Virus record (IMG/VR): IMGVR_UViG_3300042429_000720
Source: an uncultured virus (IMG/VR IMGVR_UViG_3300042429_000720)
Lineage: Duplodnaviria > Heunggongvirae > Uroviricota > Caudoviricetes
DNA: 64,000 bases
Reading direction: 5' to 3' (one strand)
A model generated the notes under the pieces. It made no database searches. It had not been told where the DNA came from and saw only the letters and a list, made by a program, of their open reading frames with translations. Below, piece by piece: positions 40,693 to 50,300 of this stretch (within the stretch, counting starts at the first letter, position 1; each line of letters starts with the position of its first letter). A program made the translations under genes and the position numbers.

Positions 40693-41250
40693 ATGTTTTA
40701 CATCTACGACAAAAACCAACTTCAGTTTAAGAAACTGCTGCGTACTAAAGTAGGCGTTACTTTAGGAATGATACTGGGATTATCTCTAGCAATCTCATAC
40801 GGCATCGGACGATTTACTTGGATTAATAATTTGTCCGAATACGAGAAGAACATTCTTCTTATTAATATGAAACAAACTCCCTTCACTGAGGACGAACTAG
40901 TTGCTCTCATGAAGGATTTAGGAATTAAGTTTCCTCACATTGTACTGGCTCAATCCAAGCTTGAGACCAATAACTTCCAGTCGGGTATCTTCCGGGAGAA
41001 TCACAACCTGTTCGGAATGAAAGAAGCTCGGGCTCGAATCAGTACTGCCCGCGGTACCAACCGCAATCATGCTTACTACGACACTTGGGAGAGTTCGGTC
41101 TACGACTATGCTTTCTACCAATGCCGATACCTAAGTGCTATTGGAACAGAAGCTCAGTACTACAGCTACCTGTCCGGCAGCTATGCCGAAGATCCTCACT
41201 ACGTAGCTAAAGTAAGAAAGTTAGCTGAAAAGTTGAAAGAGAAGTTTTAA
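40693..41250 (+). CDS. Membrane-anchored glucosaminidase (GH73/FlgJ-like) peptidoglycan hydrolase
   Basis: N-terminal TM; AQSKLET, NHNLFGMK, YAEDPHY. Confidence 0.8.
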   Translation: MFYIYDKNQLQFKKLLRTKVGVTLGMILGLSLAISYGIGRFTWINNLSEYEKNILLINMKQTPFTEDELVALMKDLGIKFPHIVLAQSKLETNNFQSGIFRENHNLFGMKEARARISTARGTNRNHAYYDTWESSVYDYAFYQCRYLSAIGTEAQYYSYLSGSYAEDPHYVAKVRKLAEKLKEKF

Positions 41251-41281
41251 GTTCGTATCTTTATAAAGTTAAATCAAGGTT

Positions 41282-41698
41282 ATGCAACATAAATTAAAAC
41301 GTTTTACCCAGCGAGTAGGCATCGGCCTATTCCGTTTGATAGACCCTTCTAAGTACCAGGCTCCTAAGAATGAGTACGAGGTAGAAGCTCTAGCAATTTG
41401 CAAGCGACTAGCTTGTAGAAAGTCCAGTACTTTACTAATGTCTCCGATTTCAGGCAAGCGCTACATCCGCAGTAAGGATAATCAGATCCACGTTATTATC
41501 GAAGGACATTTGATTACTATCGTAAATCACTCCTATAGTTACGTTATCCCGGTAGAGGGTAAATCTCATGAACGTCTTATCCGGATGTTTGATATGGAGG
41601 TAGAGGCTCGCCGCAATGTAATGGAAGCTGAAATTCGAGCTAACATCAAACACTCACTGTCTAATATTTACCAGGCCCTGATCAATGAACAAGTTTAA
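41282..41698 (+). CDS. Hypothetical protein
   Basis: 138-aa ORF after a promoter motif. Confidence 0.6.
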   Translation: MQHKLKRFTQRVGIGLFRLIDPSKYQAPKNEYEVEALAICKRLACRKSSTLLMSPISGKRYIRSKDNQIHVIIEGHLITIVNHSYSYVIPVEGKSHERLIRMFDMEVEARRNVMEAEIRANIKHSLSNIYQALINEQV

Positions 41699-41993
41699 AC
41701 GTTTACAACTGACCGGTACTTTGGTACTAGCCTCACCGGCTATCTTAGTATCCTTAGCAGTGATGGCTTTTTACTTTCCTAGCTATCCTCAAGAAGATCT
41801 TGCAGAATCTATCGAAGCATCAGCTCCAGAGGCTGTTAAAGCAGATACCGTGATCGTAGTTAAGGAAGTAGAGAAAGTAGCACCACCGGCCCCGGTAGTC
41901 AAGAAACCGGTTGCAGTTCCACCGCCTCCTCCTCCTCCAGTCGTCAAAGACACGGTAAAGAAAGTTACCGCAGAGTTGGATACAGCTAAATAA
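41685..41993 (+). CDS. Proline-rich membrane-anchored hypothetical protein
   Basis: N-terminal TM; poly-Pro tract. Confidence 0.55.
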   Translation: MNKFKRLQLTGTLVLASPAILVSLAVMAFYFPSYPQEDLAESIEASAPEAVKADTVIVVKEVEKVAPPAPVVKKPVAVPPPPPPPVVKDTVKKVTAELDTAK

Positions 41994-42098
41994 GTTTATA
42001 TCTTTAAGTATTATTAAAAAAAAATATGTTTGCACTAGGAATAATCGTAATTGTACTTCTACTAGCTATTTTAGGGAAGATGCCTAAGACTAAGTAAA

Positions 42099-42785
42099 AT
42101 GAAAATCACATTCATCAGCGACACTCACACTAAACACAGGGAAATCAATAAAGATCTTCCTGGTGGTGACTTGATCATTCACGCTGGTGATTTTATGAAT
42201 TCAGGTTATGAGTCACAAGACGTAGCTGATTTTGTTAACTGGTATAGTTCATTGCTTACAATGGATTACAAACACCGAGTGTTTATTGCTGGTAATCACG
42301 ATCGAATGTTTGAAGATTATCCTAATTTAGCTAAAGAGTTGATGGATGCCTACAGTGGTGGATTGATTTACTTAAAAGATCAAACTCACGTTATTGATGG
42401 GGTAAAAATTTATGGTTCACCTTGGCAACCAGAATTTTGCGATTGGGCTTTTAATTTACCTCGTAATGGTGTTGAATTGCAAGAAAAATGGAATGCAATT
42501 CCAAACGACACTGATATTTTAATAACTCATGGTCCTCCATTTGGACATTGTGATGTTACCCCTTCGGGTAACCTAAATGTAGGCTGTGAGTTACTCAGGG
42601 TTCGAGTAGATGAAATCAAACCTAAAATTCACGTGTTTGGACATATCCATTCAGGTTATGGTTACAAATTCCATAATGATACCCACTTTATCAACGCTGC
42701 TGTGTTAAATGAGCGTTACAAATACGCAAATAAACCTGTTACTATTGACTGGGATCCTGAAACAAACGAATTAGAATTTATTTAG
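42099..42785 (+). CDS. Calcineurin-like metallophosphoesterase
   Basis: SDTH, HAGD, AGNHD, THGPP, FGHIH. Confidence 0.92.
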   Translation: MKITFISDTHTKHREINKDLPGGDLIIHAGDFMNSGYESQDVADFVNWYSSLLTMDYKHRVFIAGNHDRMFEDYPNLAKELMDAYSGGLIYLKDQTHVIDGVKIYGSPWQPEFCDWAFNLPRNGVELQEKWNAIPNDTDILITHGPPFGHCDVTPSGNLNVGCELLRVRVDEIKPKIHVFGHIHSGYGYKFHNDTHFINAAVLNERYKYANKPVTIDWDPETNELEFI

Positions 42786-42787
42786 TT

Positions 42788-43372
42788 ATGAGTCAATTTG
42801 AATTTTTAAAAATACTTAACTCCCCGTTTAAGATACCTCGAGTTAAGTTTTATATTGGTAAGGTAGCTATTGGTACACCATATTTTCATCCACGCAAATT
42901 GGTTAAACCAACCCCTAAAATGGCTATGGATGAAGCTATAAGGGAATTAGCACGTAGGGAGAAGTGGAATAACGCAAATCCCGATGTTCAATTTAAACAA
43001 GATATCAAACCACTTGATGAAATGTATAAAGAAAAACTACGTTACCGATTCCCAGTTCCTAAAAAGATTGGATTTGATTTCGTAGGATTGGGCTATAAAA
43101 CTAAATGGAGTGAAACCGATTACAGACACGAATGGAATCCTATTTGGTCTTTTGTATTTTTTAAATACCAAATTGCTCTAGTATTTACTTCTCCAGAACG
43201 TGAGTGTGTCTCTCAATACTGGGAGGCTTGGTTGTACTATCAGTACCATACTAAAGGAAGTAAGCAAGAACGTATTAAACAGTGTAAGAAAGATTACCCC
43301 CAAAAATATACTATCAATAACATTGATGGTGGTATTAAAAAGGTTGATTACTATGATATTATTTTAAAATAA
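42788..43372 (+). CDS. Hypothetical protein
   Basis: 194-aa ORF. Confidence 0.6.
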   Translation: MSQFEFLKILNSPFKIPRVKFYIGKVAIGTPYFHPRKLVKPTPKMAMDEAIRELARREKWNNANPDVQFKQDIKPLDEMYKEKLRYRFPVPKKIGFDFVGLGYKTKWSETDYRHEWNPIWSFVFFKYQIALVFTSPERECVSQYWEAWLYYQYHTKGSKQERIKQCKKDYPQKYTINNIDGGIKKVDYYDIILK

Positions 43373-43374
43373 AA

Positions 43375-43521
43375 ATGCCTAAATATCTTAAAACCGCATT
43401 TGTGAGAGAACTAGAACAACAGGTTAGAAGAGGTGAACTTTCACACACCCGAATGCTTGACTTAATCCAAGATGAGGTAATTAAAAATTATACCGAAACC
43501 TTTAACACCAACGAGAAATGA
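43375..43521 (+). CDS. Small hypothetical protein (48 aa, ends TFNTNEK)
   Basis: Translated by hand; its stop overlaps the next ATG (ATGA). Confidence 0.5.
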   Translation: MPKYLKTAFVRELEQQVRRGELSHTRMLDLIQDEVIKNYTETFNTNEK

Positions 43522-43761
43522 AAACACTAACATTTGTAATTGCAGACCGCCTAGACGAATTAGCTGGAGAGTGGTCTAAACACACCGCACAGTGCGAGGC
43601 ATTGATGATGGCAGCGAAAGAGGTTGCGACATTTGAACAAGAGGAAAAAGATCGAATGGTTGACTTTGCCTACAAGTATGGAAACTTGACCCTTCAACAG
43701 ATTTCTGATGCTTTTGACAATGAATATAAAAACGAGAATCTTTGACACCAACGAGAAATGA
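43497..43761 (+). repeat. Direct repeat pair (25 bp, 2 mismatches) at gene junctions
   Basis: AACCTTTAACACCAACGAGAAATGA at 43497 and AATCTTTGACACCAACGAGAAATGA at 43737. Confidence 0.85.
43518..43745 (+). CDS. Hypothetical protein
   Basis: 75-aa ORF bracketed by the direct repeats. Confidence 0.55.
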   Translation: MKTLTFVIADRLDELAGEWSKHTAQCEALMMAAKEVATFEQEEKDRMVDFAYKYGNLTLQQISDAFDNEYKNENL

Positions 43762-44111
43762 GCAAACTCAAACAAACTAAAATTCCAATGACATTAGAAG
43801 ATAATGTTATGAAGGTTGCTCTTGAACAAAATGTAATTGAAAACGAATTCAATTGGAAATTAGTTCGTGAACGAGACGGACTAACCAATCAATCTAAAGA
43901 AGTAATGTGGGTTGAGTGGAATGAAGATAGAACATTTAAAGCCCGACACGATAAACCAGCAATTGGTTATTCATTGATTATGTCTCCATTCAACCAGTTT
44001 TTTACTTGGCAAACAACTCCCATTACAGAGGTGTTGGAAAAACGAGAAAATTTTCTTAAATTTAAGACTAAGAACTCAGTATACGAATTGTGGAAAAAAG
44101 GAAACGATTAA
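43758..44111 (+). CDS. Hypothetical protein
   Basis: 117-aa ORF ending FKTKNSVYEL. Confidence 0.6.
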   Translation: MSKLKQTKIPMTLEDNVMKVALEQNVIENEFNWKLVRERDGLTNQSKEVMWVEWNEDRTFKARHDKPAIGYSLIMSPFNQFFTWQTTPITEVLEKRENFLKFKTKNSVYELWKKGND

Positions 44112-44401
44112 CTCGAGAACAAAAAAAAGACAAAGCAATCATTGATCTAATCAATCAAATGTTTATTATTGCTGGTCATAATGTTACCTATGATGATATT
44201 GTAGGTGTAAAGGATTGGTTTAGAGAATACACAATGACTGTTGAACAGGGTGAAGAATTTAAAAAATGGGGTAAAAAATACCTTATGAAGGAATTACGCG
44301 AATCAGCTAAATCAGCAGAACGTGAAATGTCGTGGTTTAATCTACAATGGGGTTTGACTTACAGTAACTGGGAAGATTATCATAAACTAGATAAAAAATG
44401 A
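44090..44401 (+). CDS. Hypothetical protein
   Basis: 103-aa ORF. Confidence 0.55.
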   Translation: MEKRKRLTREQKKDKAIIDLINQMFIIAGHNVTYDDIVGVKDWFREYTMTVEQGEEFKKWGKKYLMKELRESAKSAEREMSWFNLQWGLTYSNWEDYHKLDKK

Positions 44402-44551
44402 AAATCGAACGCTACCATCAATCCTACGAGTTTTTTATAACTCCTACAATCAAATACACTTACGATAAGATACTATTTGGTTTTAAATGTGTAGATTTTA
44501 TTTGGGGACGTAAAGGTTTTTCCGTATCTTGGGGACATAAGAAATAATGTT

Positions 44552-44803
44552 ATGACAGAGGAAATTTTTGAAAAATTGGGTTTTGAACGTGTTGATGTGT
44601 CTGCTGAAGAAGCAGGAGATGAACGTGGGTTTTACTACTACTCTATAGATATTGGTGACATCTGTATTATGTCAAATTCAGATGACGAAGCAGCTAAGGA
44701 TGGTTGGGAATGTTCTATCTTTGATTCAATGACTCTTAAAATTAAAGGTTCAGGTGATTTAGAGGATTTGGTTCGTATCATTCGAAACAATACCAATGGT
44801 TAA
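44552..44803 (+). CDS. Hypothetical protein
   Basis: 83-aa ORF after a promoter motif. Confidence 0.55.
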   Translation: MTEEIFEKLGFERVDVSAEEAGDERGFYYYSIDIGDICIMSNSDDEAAKDGWECSIFDSMTLKIKGSGDLEDLVRIIRNNTNG

Positions 44804-44962
44804 GAAAAAACAGGTAGCAGAAAAGTGGGTTGTGATTGATTCAGACGATCACATCTACCACTACCCTACTTTCCTAGCTGCACTAAAGCACCCAGGCAGT
44901 AGAGTAAGCATAATGACAGACGAGTATTATGAAACAGCTTATAGAGAAATTACAGCTAAGAC

Positions 44963-45247
44963 ATGAAAGAACCAGCAAAGCCGGTATCAGGATTCACGGA
45001 TACATTTTTATCTAAACTAAAAGAGCAATCTTTCACCATAGTCCTTATGATAGGTATTATTTGGTATCAAGGTAAACTGATGGAAGAAAGAGTTAATTAT
45101 TGGCAAAAGCTATATGAGGACCAGAAAGCTTATATAGAGCAAACAGCAAAAGATAATAAACAACTTATGTTAGACCGGATTGAATATCTTCAACAGCAAA
45201 ACGACAAGTATGCTGAAGATGCAATTAACGAATTAAAAACAAAATAA
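44963..45247 (+). CDS. Hypothetical membrane/coiled-coil protein
   Basis: One TM segment followed by a coiled coil. Confidence 0.55.
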   Translation: MKEPAKPVSGFTDTFLSKLKEQSFTIVLMIGIIWYQGKLMEERVNYWQKLYEDQKAYIEQTAKDNKQLMLDRIEYLQQQNDKYAEDAINELKTK

Positions 45248-45324
45248 ATTATGGAATGGTTAAAAGCAGGATTTCTTATTTTATTTGCATTATTCTTTTT
45301 AGCAAATATTTTTCATCACTTTAG

Positions 45325-45591
45325 TTGGGACTTAGGATAATGGACGAAAATAAATGGCATTACGTAATCATGTACCTAACATTCTTTAGCTTAGGTATGA
45401 TAACAACTGCAATAGCAATCACACAAGGATTCTTCCAAGAGTTTATTTTTGTACTGCTTGCAGGAGTACTCTTCTTAGTATTCTCTCTAGCCTACCACTA
45501 CGTTAGAGGAATTGACTACATGGAGGAATTCCATCCAGACTACAAAGGAGAGGATATGTACGATGAAGGAGAAACTAAATCCAAACTTTAA
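45325..45591 (+). CDS. Hypothetical two-TM membrane protein
   Basis: Two hydrophobic segments and an acidic tail. Confidence 0.5.
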   Translation: MGLRIMDENKWHYVIMYLTFFSLGMITTAIAITQGFFQEFIFVLLAGVLFLVFSLAYHYVRGIDYMEEFHPDYKGEDMYDEGETKSKL

Positions 45592-45808
45592 GTTCAGATC
45601 CGGCAAATACGCCGGCTGGACCATTAGGGATGTATTTGATACAGCACCCGGGTACCTAAACTGGATATACCAAAACAAACCCGAAATGCTTAAAGGTGCA
45701 GAAATTAAATCAGCACCCAAGCCTGAACCCAAAGTTGCAGATTCGGAAAAAGGTAATTATCTTTACAACAAGAACATTAGACCGGCCACCTACGACGAAG
45801 CATTTTAA
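45563..45808 (+). CDS. Hypothetical protein with FxxGKYxG motif
   Basis: FRSGKYAG...PGYLNW; start moved to the in-frame ATG 45563. Confidence 0.5.
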   Translation: MKEKLNPNFKFRSGKYAGWTIRDVFDTAPGYLNWIYQNKPEMLKGAEIKSAPKPEPKVADSEKGNYLYNKNIRPATYDEAF

Positions 45809-46059
45809 GAATGGTTGAAGTTATTAAACATACCCTAGGCTTTTGCGGTGAGCACTGGCACCTAAATCTATTTAATATTATAGCAACGGGTGTTGGCTCC
45901 TTGCCGGTTATTTCGTATATTAAGTATAACTTAAAAAGGATATGGAAGCACTAGTTTATTTACTCCAAGGCATGGCTGCTACTGCTGGCGGACTTCTCGT
46001 ATTTTACGTAGTGAAGTTTCTAGTTGAGGTAGCTCAAGGTAAGCACAGAAGTTAAGATT

Positions 46060-46095
46060 TATAGGGTTTGCCTATACCCTTATAATACCTGGCAG
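46060..46095 (+). promoter_or_regulatory. Candidate H-type pseudoknot leader RNA upstream of queC
   Basis: AGGGT/ACCCT stem; loop TGCC is complementary to GGCA at 46091-46094. Confidence 0.4.
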
Positions 46096-46113
46096 TTATA
46101 AATTATATTTAAA

Positions 46114-46989
46114 ATGGCAAAACACGTTGTAGTTTCGTTATCTGGAGGAATGGATTCCTCAACACTCTTGCTTAGAGCATTGAGTGAATTTGATACTGTA
46201 ACAGCAGTATCGTTTGACTACGGTCAAAAACACCGAGTAGAGCTTGAACGAGCTCAAGACCTGGTTAACTATTTGAATCTTAGAGCTGATGAGACTAAGT
46301 ATAAAAGCGATGTAGCTGAAGTTATTATGCATCACTTTCCTAAAGTTAACTACCAGTTAATTAAACTTGACGGCTTGAGTCAACTACTAAACTCGGCTCT
46401 AGTAACTGGAGGTGATGAAGTACCGGAAGGTCACTATGCTGCCGAGAACATGAAAGCTACCGTAGTACCTAACCGAAATAAAATCTTCAGTTCAATCACC
46501 CAGGCAATCGCTTTATCTATCGCAAATGAAACAAAAGAAGAATGCTCCATCGCTCTCGGTATCCATGCCGGAGACCATGACATCTACCCAGACTGCCGAC
46601 AGGAGTTCCGCGACGCCGACGATCATGCGTTTCGTATGGGTAACTGGGATAACGATCGGGTATCTTATTGGACTCCTTACCTGGAAGGTAATAAGTTTAC
46701 TATCTTAGAAGATGGAGAGAAGTTATGTGAGGAACTAGGACTTGAATTTGATGAAGTCTATAAGCGCACTAATACCTCTTATAAACCCATTAAGTGGTAC
46801 AGTCGCAAAGAAACCAATGCATACGAATGGTACTCAGACTACAAATCAGCTTCTTCAGTAGAACGAGTTGAAGCATTTATCAAGCTAGGGCGTCCTGATC
46901 CTGCACCTTATGCTGACGAGACTGGCCCTGTGACCTGGGAGCACGTTGTGACCGAAGTATCTAAAGTACTTGAATCGCATACAAAGTAA
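46114..46989 (+). CDS. queC: 7-cyano-7-deazaguanine synthase
   Basis: SLSGGMDSST, FDYGQKH, VVPNRN, YPDCR. Confidence 0.93.
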   Translation: MAKHVVVSLSGGMDSSTLLLRALSEFDTVTAVSFDYGQKHRVELERAQDLVNYLNLRADETKYKSDVAEVIMHHFPKVNYQLIKLDGLSQLLNSALVTGGDEVPEGHYAAENMKATVVPNRNKIFSSITQAIALSIANETKEECSIALGIHAGDHDIYPDCRQEFRDADDHAFRMGNWDNDRVSYWTPYLEGNKFTILEDGEKLCEELGLEFDEVYKRTNTSYKPIKWYSRKETNAYEWYSDYKSASSVERVEAFIKLGRPDPAPYADETGPVTWEHVVTEVSKVLESHTK

Positions 46990-47013
46990 AAGGTAGTAAT
47001 ATCTAAGAAGGAG

Positions 47014-47032
47014 GAGGGCATTTGCCCTCTTT
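47014..47032 (+). terminator. Probable intrinsic terminator after queC
   Basis: GAGGGCA-TT-TGCCCTC followed by TTT. Confidence 0.6.
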
Positions 47033-47050
47033 CCTATTTATATATAAGTT

Positions 47051-47326
47051 ATGGCAGATAAACTACTAAAGTTACTACAGCAGCAGGAAGCTCGCCTAGG
47101 AGGTTCTCCTAAGCCACGCTACCTAGAAGCTATGGTAGCAACCCGTGGTACGGTAGCAGATGTTGTATTCATGCGACAGCTCGAACCAGTATCTAGTGTC
47201 TTCCAAACTTATAATGTCGCTGTTAACGGAACTAATCTTATACCAAGAACCGTTTACAGCGGTACTCCAGAACGCTACCTGTTTATAGATTATCTAGAAG
47301 AAGATTATTTAGATCCGCAATTTTAA
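47051..47326 (+). CDS. Hypothetical protein (late-promoter motif upstream)
   Basis: 91-aa ORF. Confidence 0.55.
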   Translation: MADKLLKLLQQQEARLGGSPKPRYLEAMVATRGTVADVVFMRQLEPVSSVFQTYNVAVNGTNLIPRTVYSGTPERYLFIDYLEEDYLDPQF

Positions 47327-47337
47327 CTAAGTAAAGA

Positions 47338-50300
47338 ATGGCTATCATATTAAGGCAAAATACTGCTACAAATACCGGTAAAGGAAGTAGGCTTACCTTT
47401 ACTGAAATGGATAGCAATCTAGAATCTTTCTATATTTCTAGTTCTTTTGCGAATAACACGCTCATACTTTACACCACCGGTAGCGTTAGTCATTCCGTAG
47501 ACTTAAGCTCTTTCGGAGGAAATGTAGATTCAGGCTCATTTATGGCATCGGCATCCGCTGCCGGAGGTGTAATTACTTTTGAAAAAGTAGATGGAAGTAC
47601 ATTCGATGTTACTGTTACTAATGTAGCATCTGCTTCTAAAGTCAATATTACAAATACTAGTAGCAGCCAGGGTTACTACTTAGTTTTTGCAGAAGCTACT
47701 TCAGGTCACCAAGATCTTAGAGCAGATTCCTCTATTGTATATAATCCGGATTCAAACACTCTGCAGACAGCAAACCTAATACTTACAGGAGACCTTACAG
47801 TACAGGGAACTAGAACAGAGCTTCAGGTTACTGAACTTAATGTAGAGGATAAGCTCATCACAGTCGCCTCAGGATCTACTACCTCAGCTCAAGCAGACGG
47901 AGCCGGTATTCAAATCGCCGGCGCAAATCAATCTGTTACTTGGGATCATACTAATTCACGTTTAAAAACTTCCACTGATTTAGGAGTTACAGGTACCCTG
48001 AACGTCTCTACAGTAGCAACAGATAACGCACTTACAGACTTTGTTGTACTTGCCGGAGACGGAACTTTAAAGAAAAGAACTTCTATAGTAGGAGCTCAGG
48101 GCGTACAGGGTACAACAGGTACTCAAGGTATTCAAGGAATAACCGGCACCCAGGGAACCCAGGGTACTCAAGGTACTCAGGGCACCGATGGCTTACAGGG
48201 CATTCAAGGTATAACAGGTACCCAGGGTACTCAAGGTATAACAGGTACCCAGGGTACTCAAGGTACCCAGGGAACTCAAGGTATCCAAGGAATTCAAGGA
48301 ATAACCGGCACCCAGGGGGTACAAGGTACAACAGGTACTCAGGGCACTGACGGCTTACAAGGTATCCAAGGTATAACAGGCACCCAGGGGGTACAAGGTA
48401 TTACAGGCATCCAGGGAACTCAAGGAACTCAAGGCACCCAAGGAACTCAAGGAGCCCAGGGTATAACAGGTACTCAAGGCATTCAAGGTGTTACCGGAGT
48501 ACAGGGTACAGACGGACTACAGGGTACTCAAGGTATTCAAGGTATTACAGGCACACAGGGTACTCAAGGTATACAAGGTACTTACGGCGTACAGGGCGTT
48601 CAAGGTGTACAAGGTACCGACGGTTCTTTTGGTGGAGCTACCTTTGACTACACTTTCGACTCCACTACTACTTCAGGAGATCCAGGGCAAGGAAAAATTA
48701 GACTAAGTAATTCTAACGAAAATACATCTACGCAGATGTATATTGATGATTTGGATGATTTTGGAAATGATATTTCCTCATTCATGCAAACCATTGACAG
48801 CGTAACCTCTACAGTTAAAGGTTATGCTAGAATAGCTAATCGTACCGACGCTACTCAATATCTATTATTTCAGATTTCAAACCTGACAGACAATACAGGT
48901 TGGTGGACTATAGACATTACAAACCAGGCTTCTTCAGCTACCTCTCCATTCACCAATCTGGAAGATATAACAATATCATTTATAACTACCGGAGATAAAG
49001 GTGACACAGGTCCTCAAGGTGTTCAGGGAACTACCGGCACCCAGGGCACCAACGGTACTCAAGGTATTCAAGGTATTACTGGAGCTCAAGGTATTCAAGG
49101 CACGACAGGTACTCAAGGTACTGATGGAACTCAAGGTATACAGGGTATTACTGGTACAGGCTTACAAGGTATTCAAGGTACTCAAGGTACTAACGGTACT
49201 CAAGGCATACAAGGTATTACCGGAGCAGGTACTCAAGGTATTCAGGGTACAACAGGTACTCAGGGTAACAACGGTACTCAAGGTATCCAGGGTATTACCG
49301 GAGCCGGAACCCAAGGCATCCAAGGAATAACCGGAGCACAAGGTACCGATGGTACCCAAGGTATTCAAGGTATTACCGGAGCTGGAACTCAAGGAACACA
49401 AGGTACTACCGGAACTGCTACACAAGGCATCCAAGGTACTCAGGGAACGACAGGTTCAGCAACCCAGGGTATTCAAGGTATTGATGGTAACCAAGGCATT
49501 CAAGGTACTACAGGAACTGCTACACAAGGTATTCAAGGAACACAAGGTACCACTGGAACTGCTACACAAGGTATTCAAGGTACTACTGGAACTGCTACAC
49601 AAGGTATTCAAGGAACACAAGGTACCACTGGAACTGCTACACAAGGTATTCAAGGTACTACTGGAACTGCTACACAGGGCATACAGGGAACACAAGGTAC
49701 CACTGGAACTGCTACACAAGGTATTCAAGGAACACAAGGTACCACTGGAACTGCTACTCAAGGCATCCAGGGCATTATTGGAAGCCAGGGTATACAAGGT
49801 ACTACTGGTTCCGCTACTCAAGGCATTCAAGGAACACAAGGTACCACTGGAACTGCAACTCAAGGTACACAAGGTACCCAGGGCACAACAGGAACTGCAA
49901 CTCAAGGAATACAAGGTACTACTGGTTCCGCTACTCAAGGTATTCAGGGAACACAAGGCACTACCGGAACTGCCACACAAGGTATACAAGGCATTCAAGG
50001 TACTATCGGAACTGCTACTCAAGGCATTCAAGGAACACAGGGCACTACCGGAACTGCTACACAGGGCATACAGGGAATAACAGGCACTCAAGGAACCGAC
50101 GGTACTCAAGGAATCCAGGGTATTACCGGAGGTCAGGGTACACAAGGTACCACTGGAACTGCAACTCAAGGTATTCAAGGTATAACAGGTATTCAAGGTA
50201 CTCAAGGAATTCAAGGTCCTTCAAACCCAAATGCTATAAGCGTAGATATAGCTAATGCTACAGGGGATGTTGAGTATAGAAGTCTATTAATTGATGCCTC

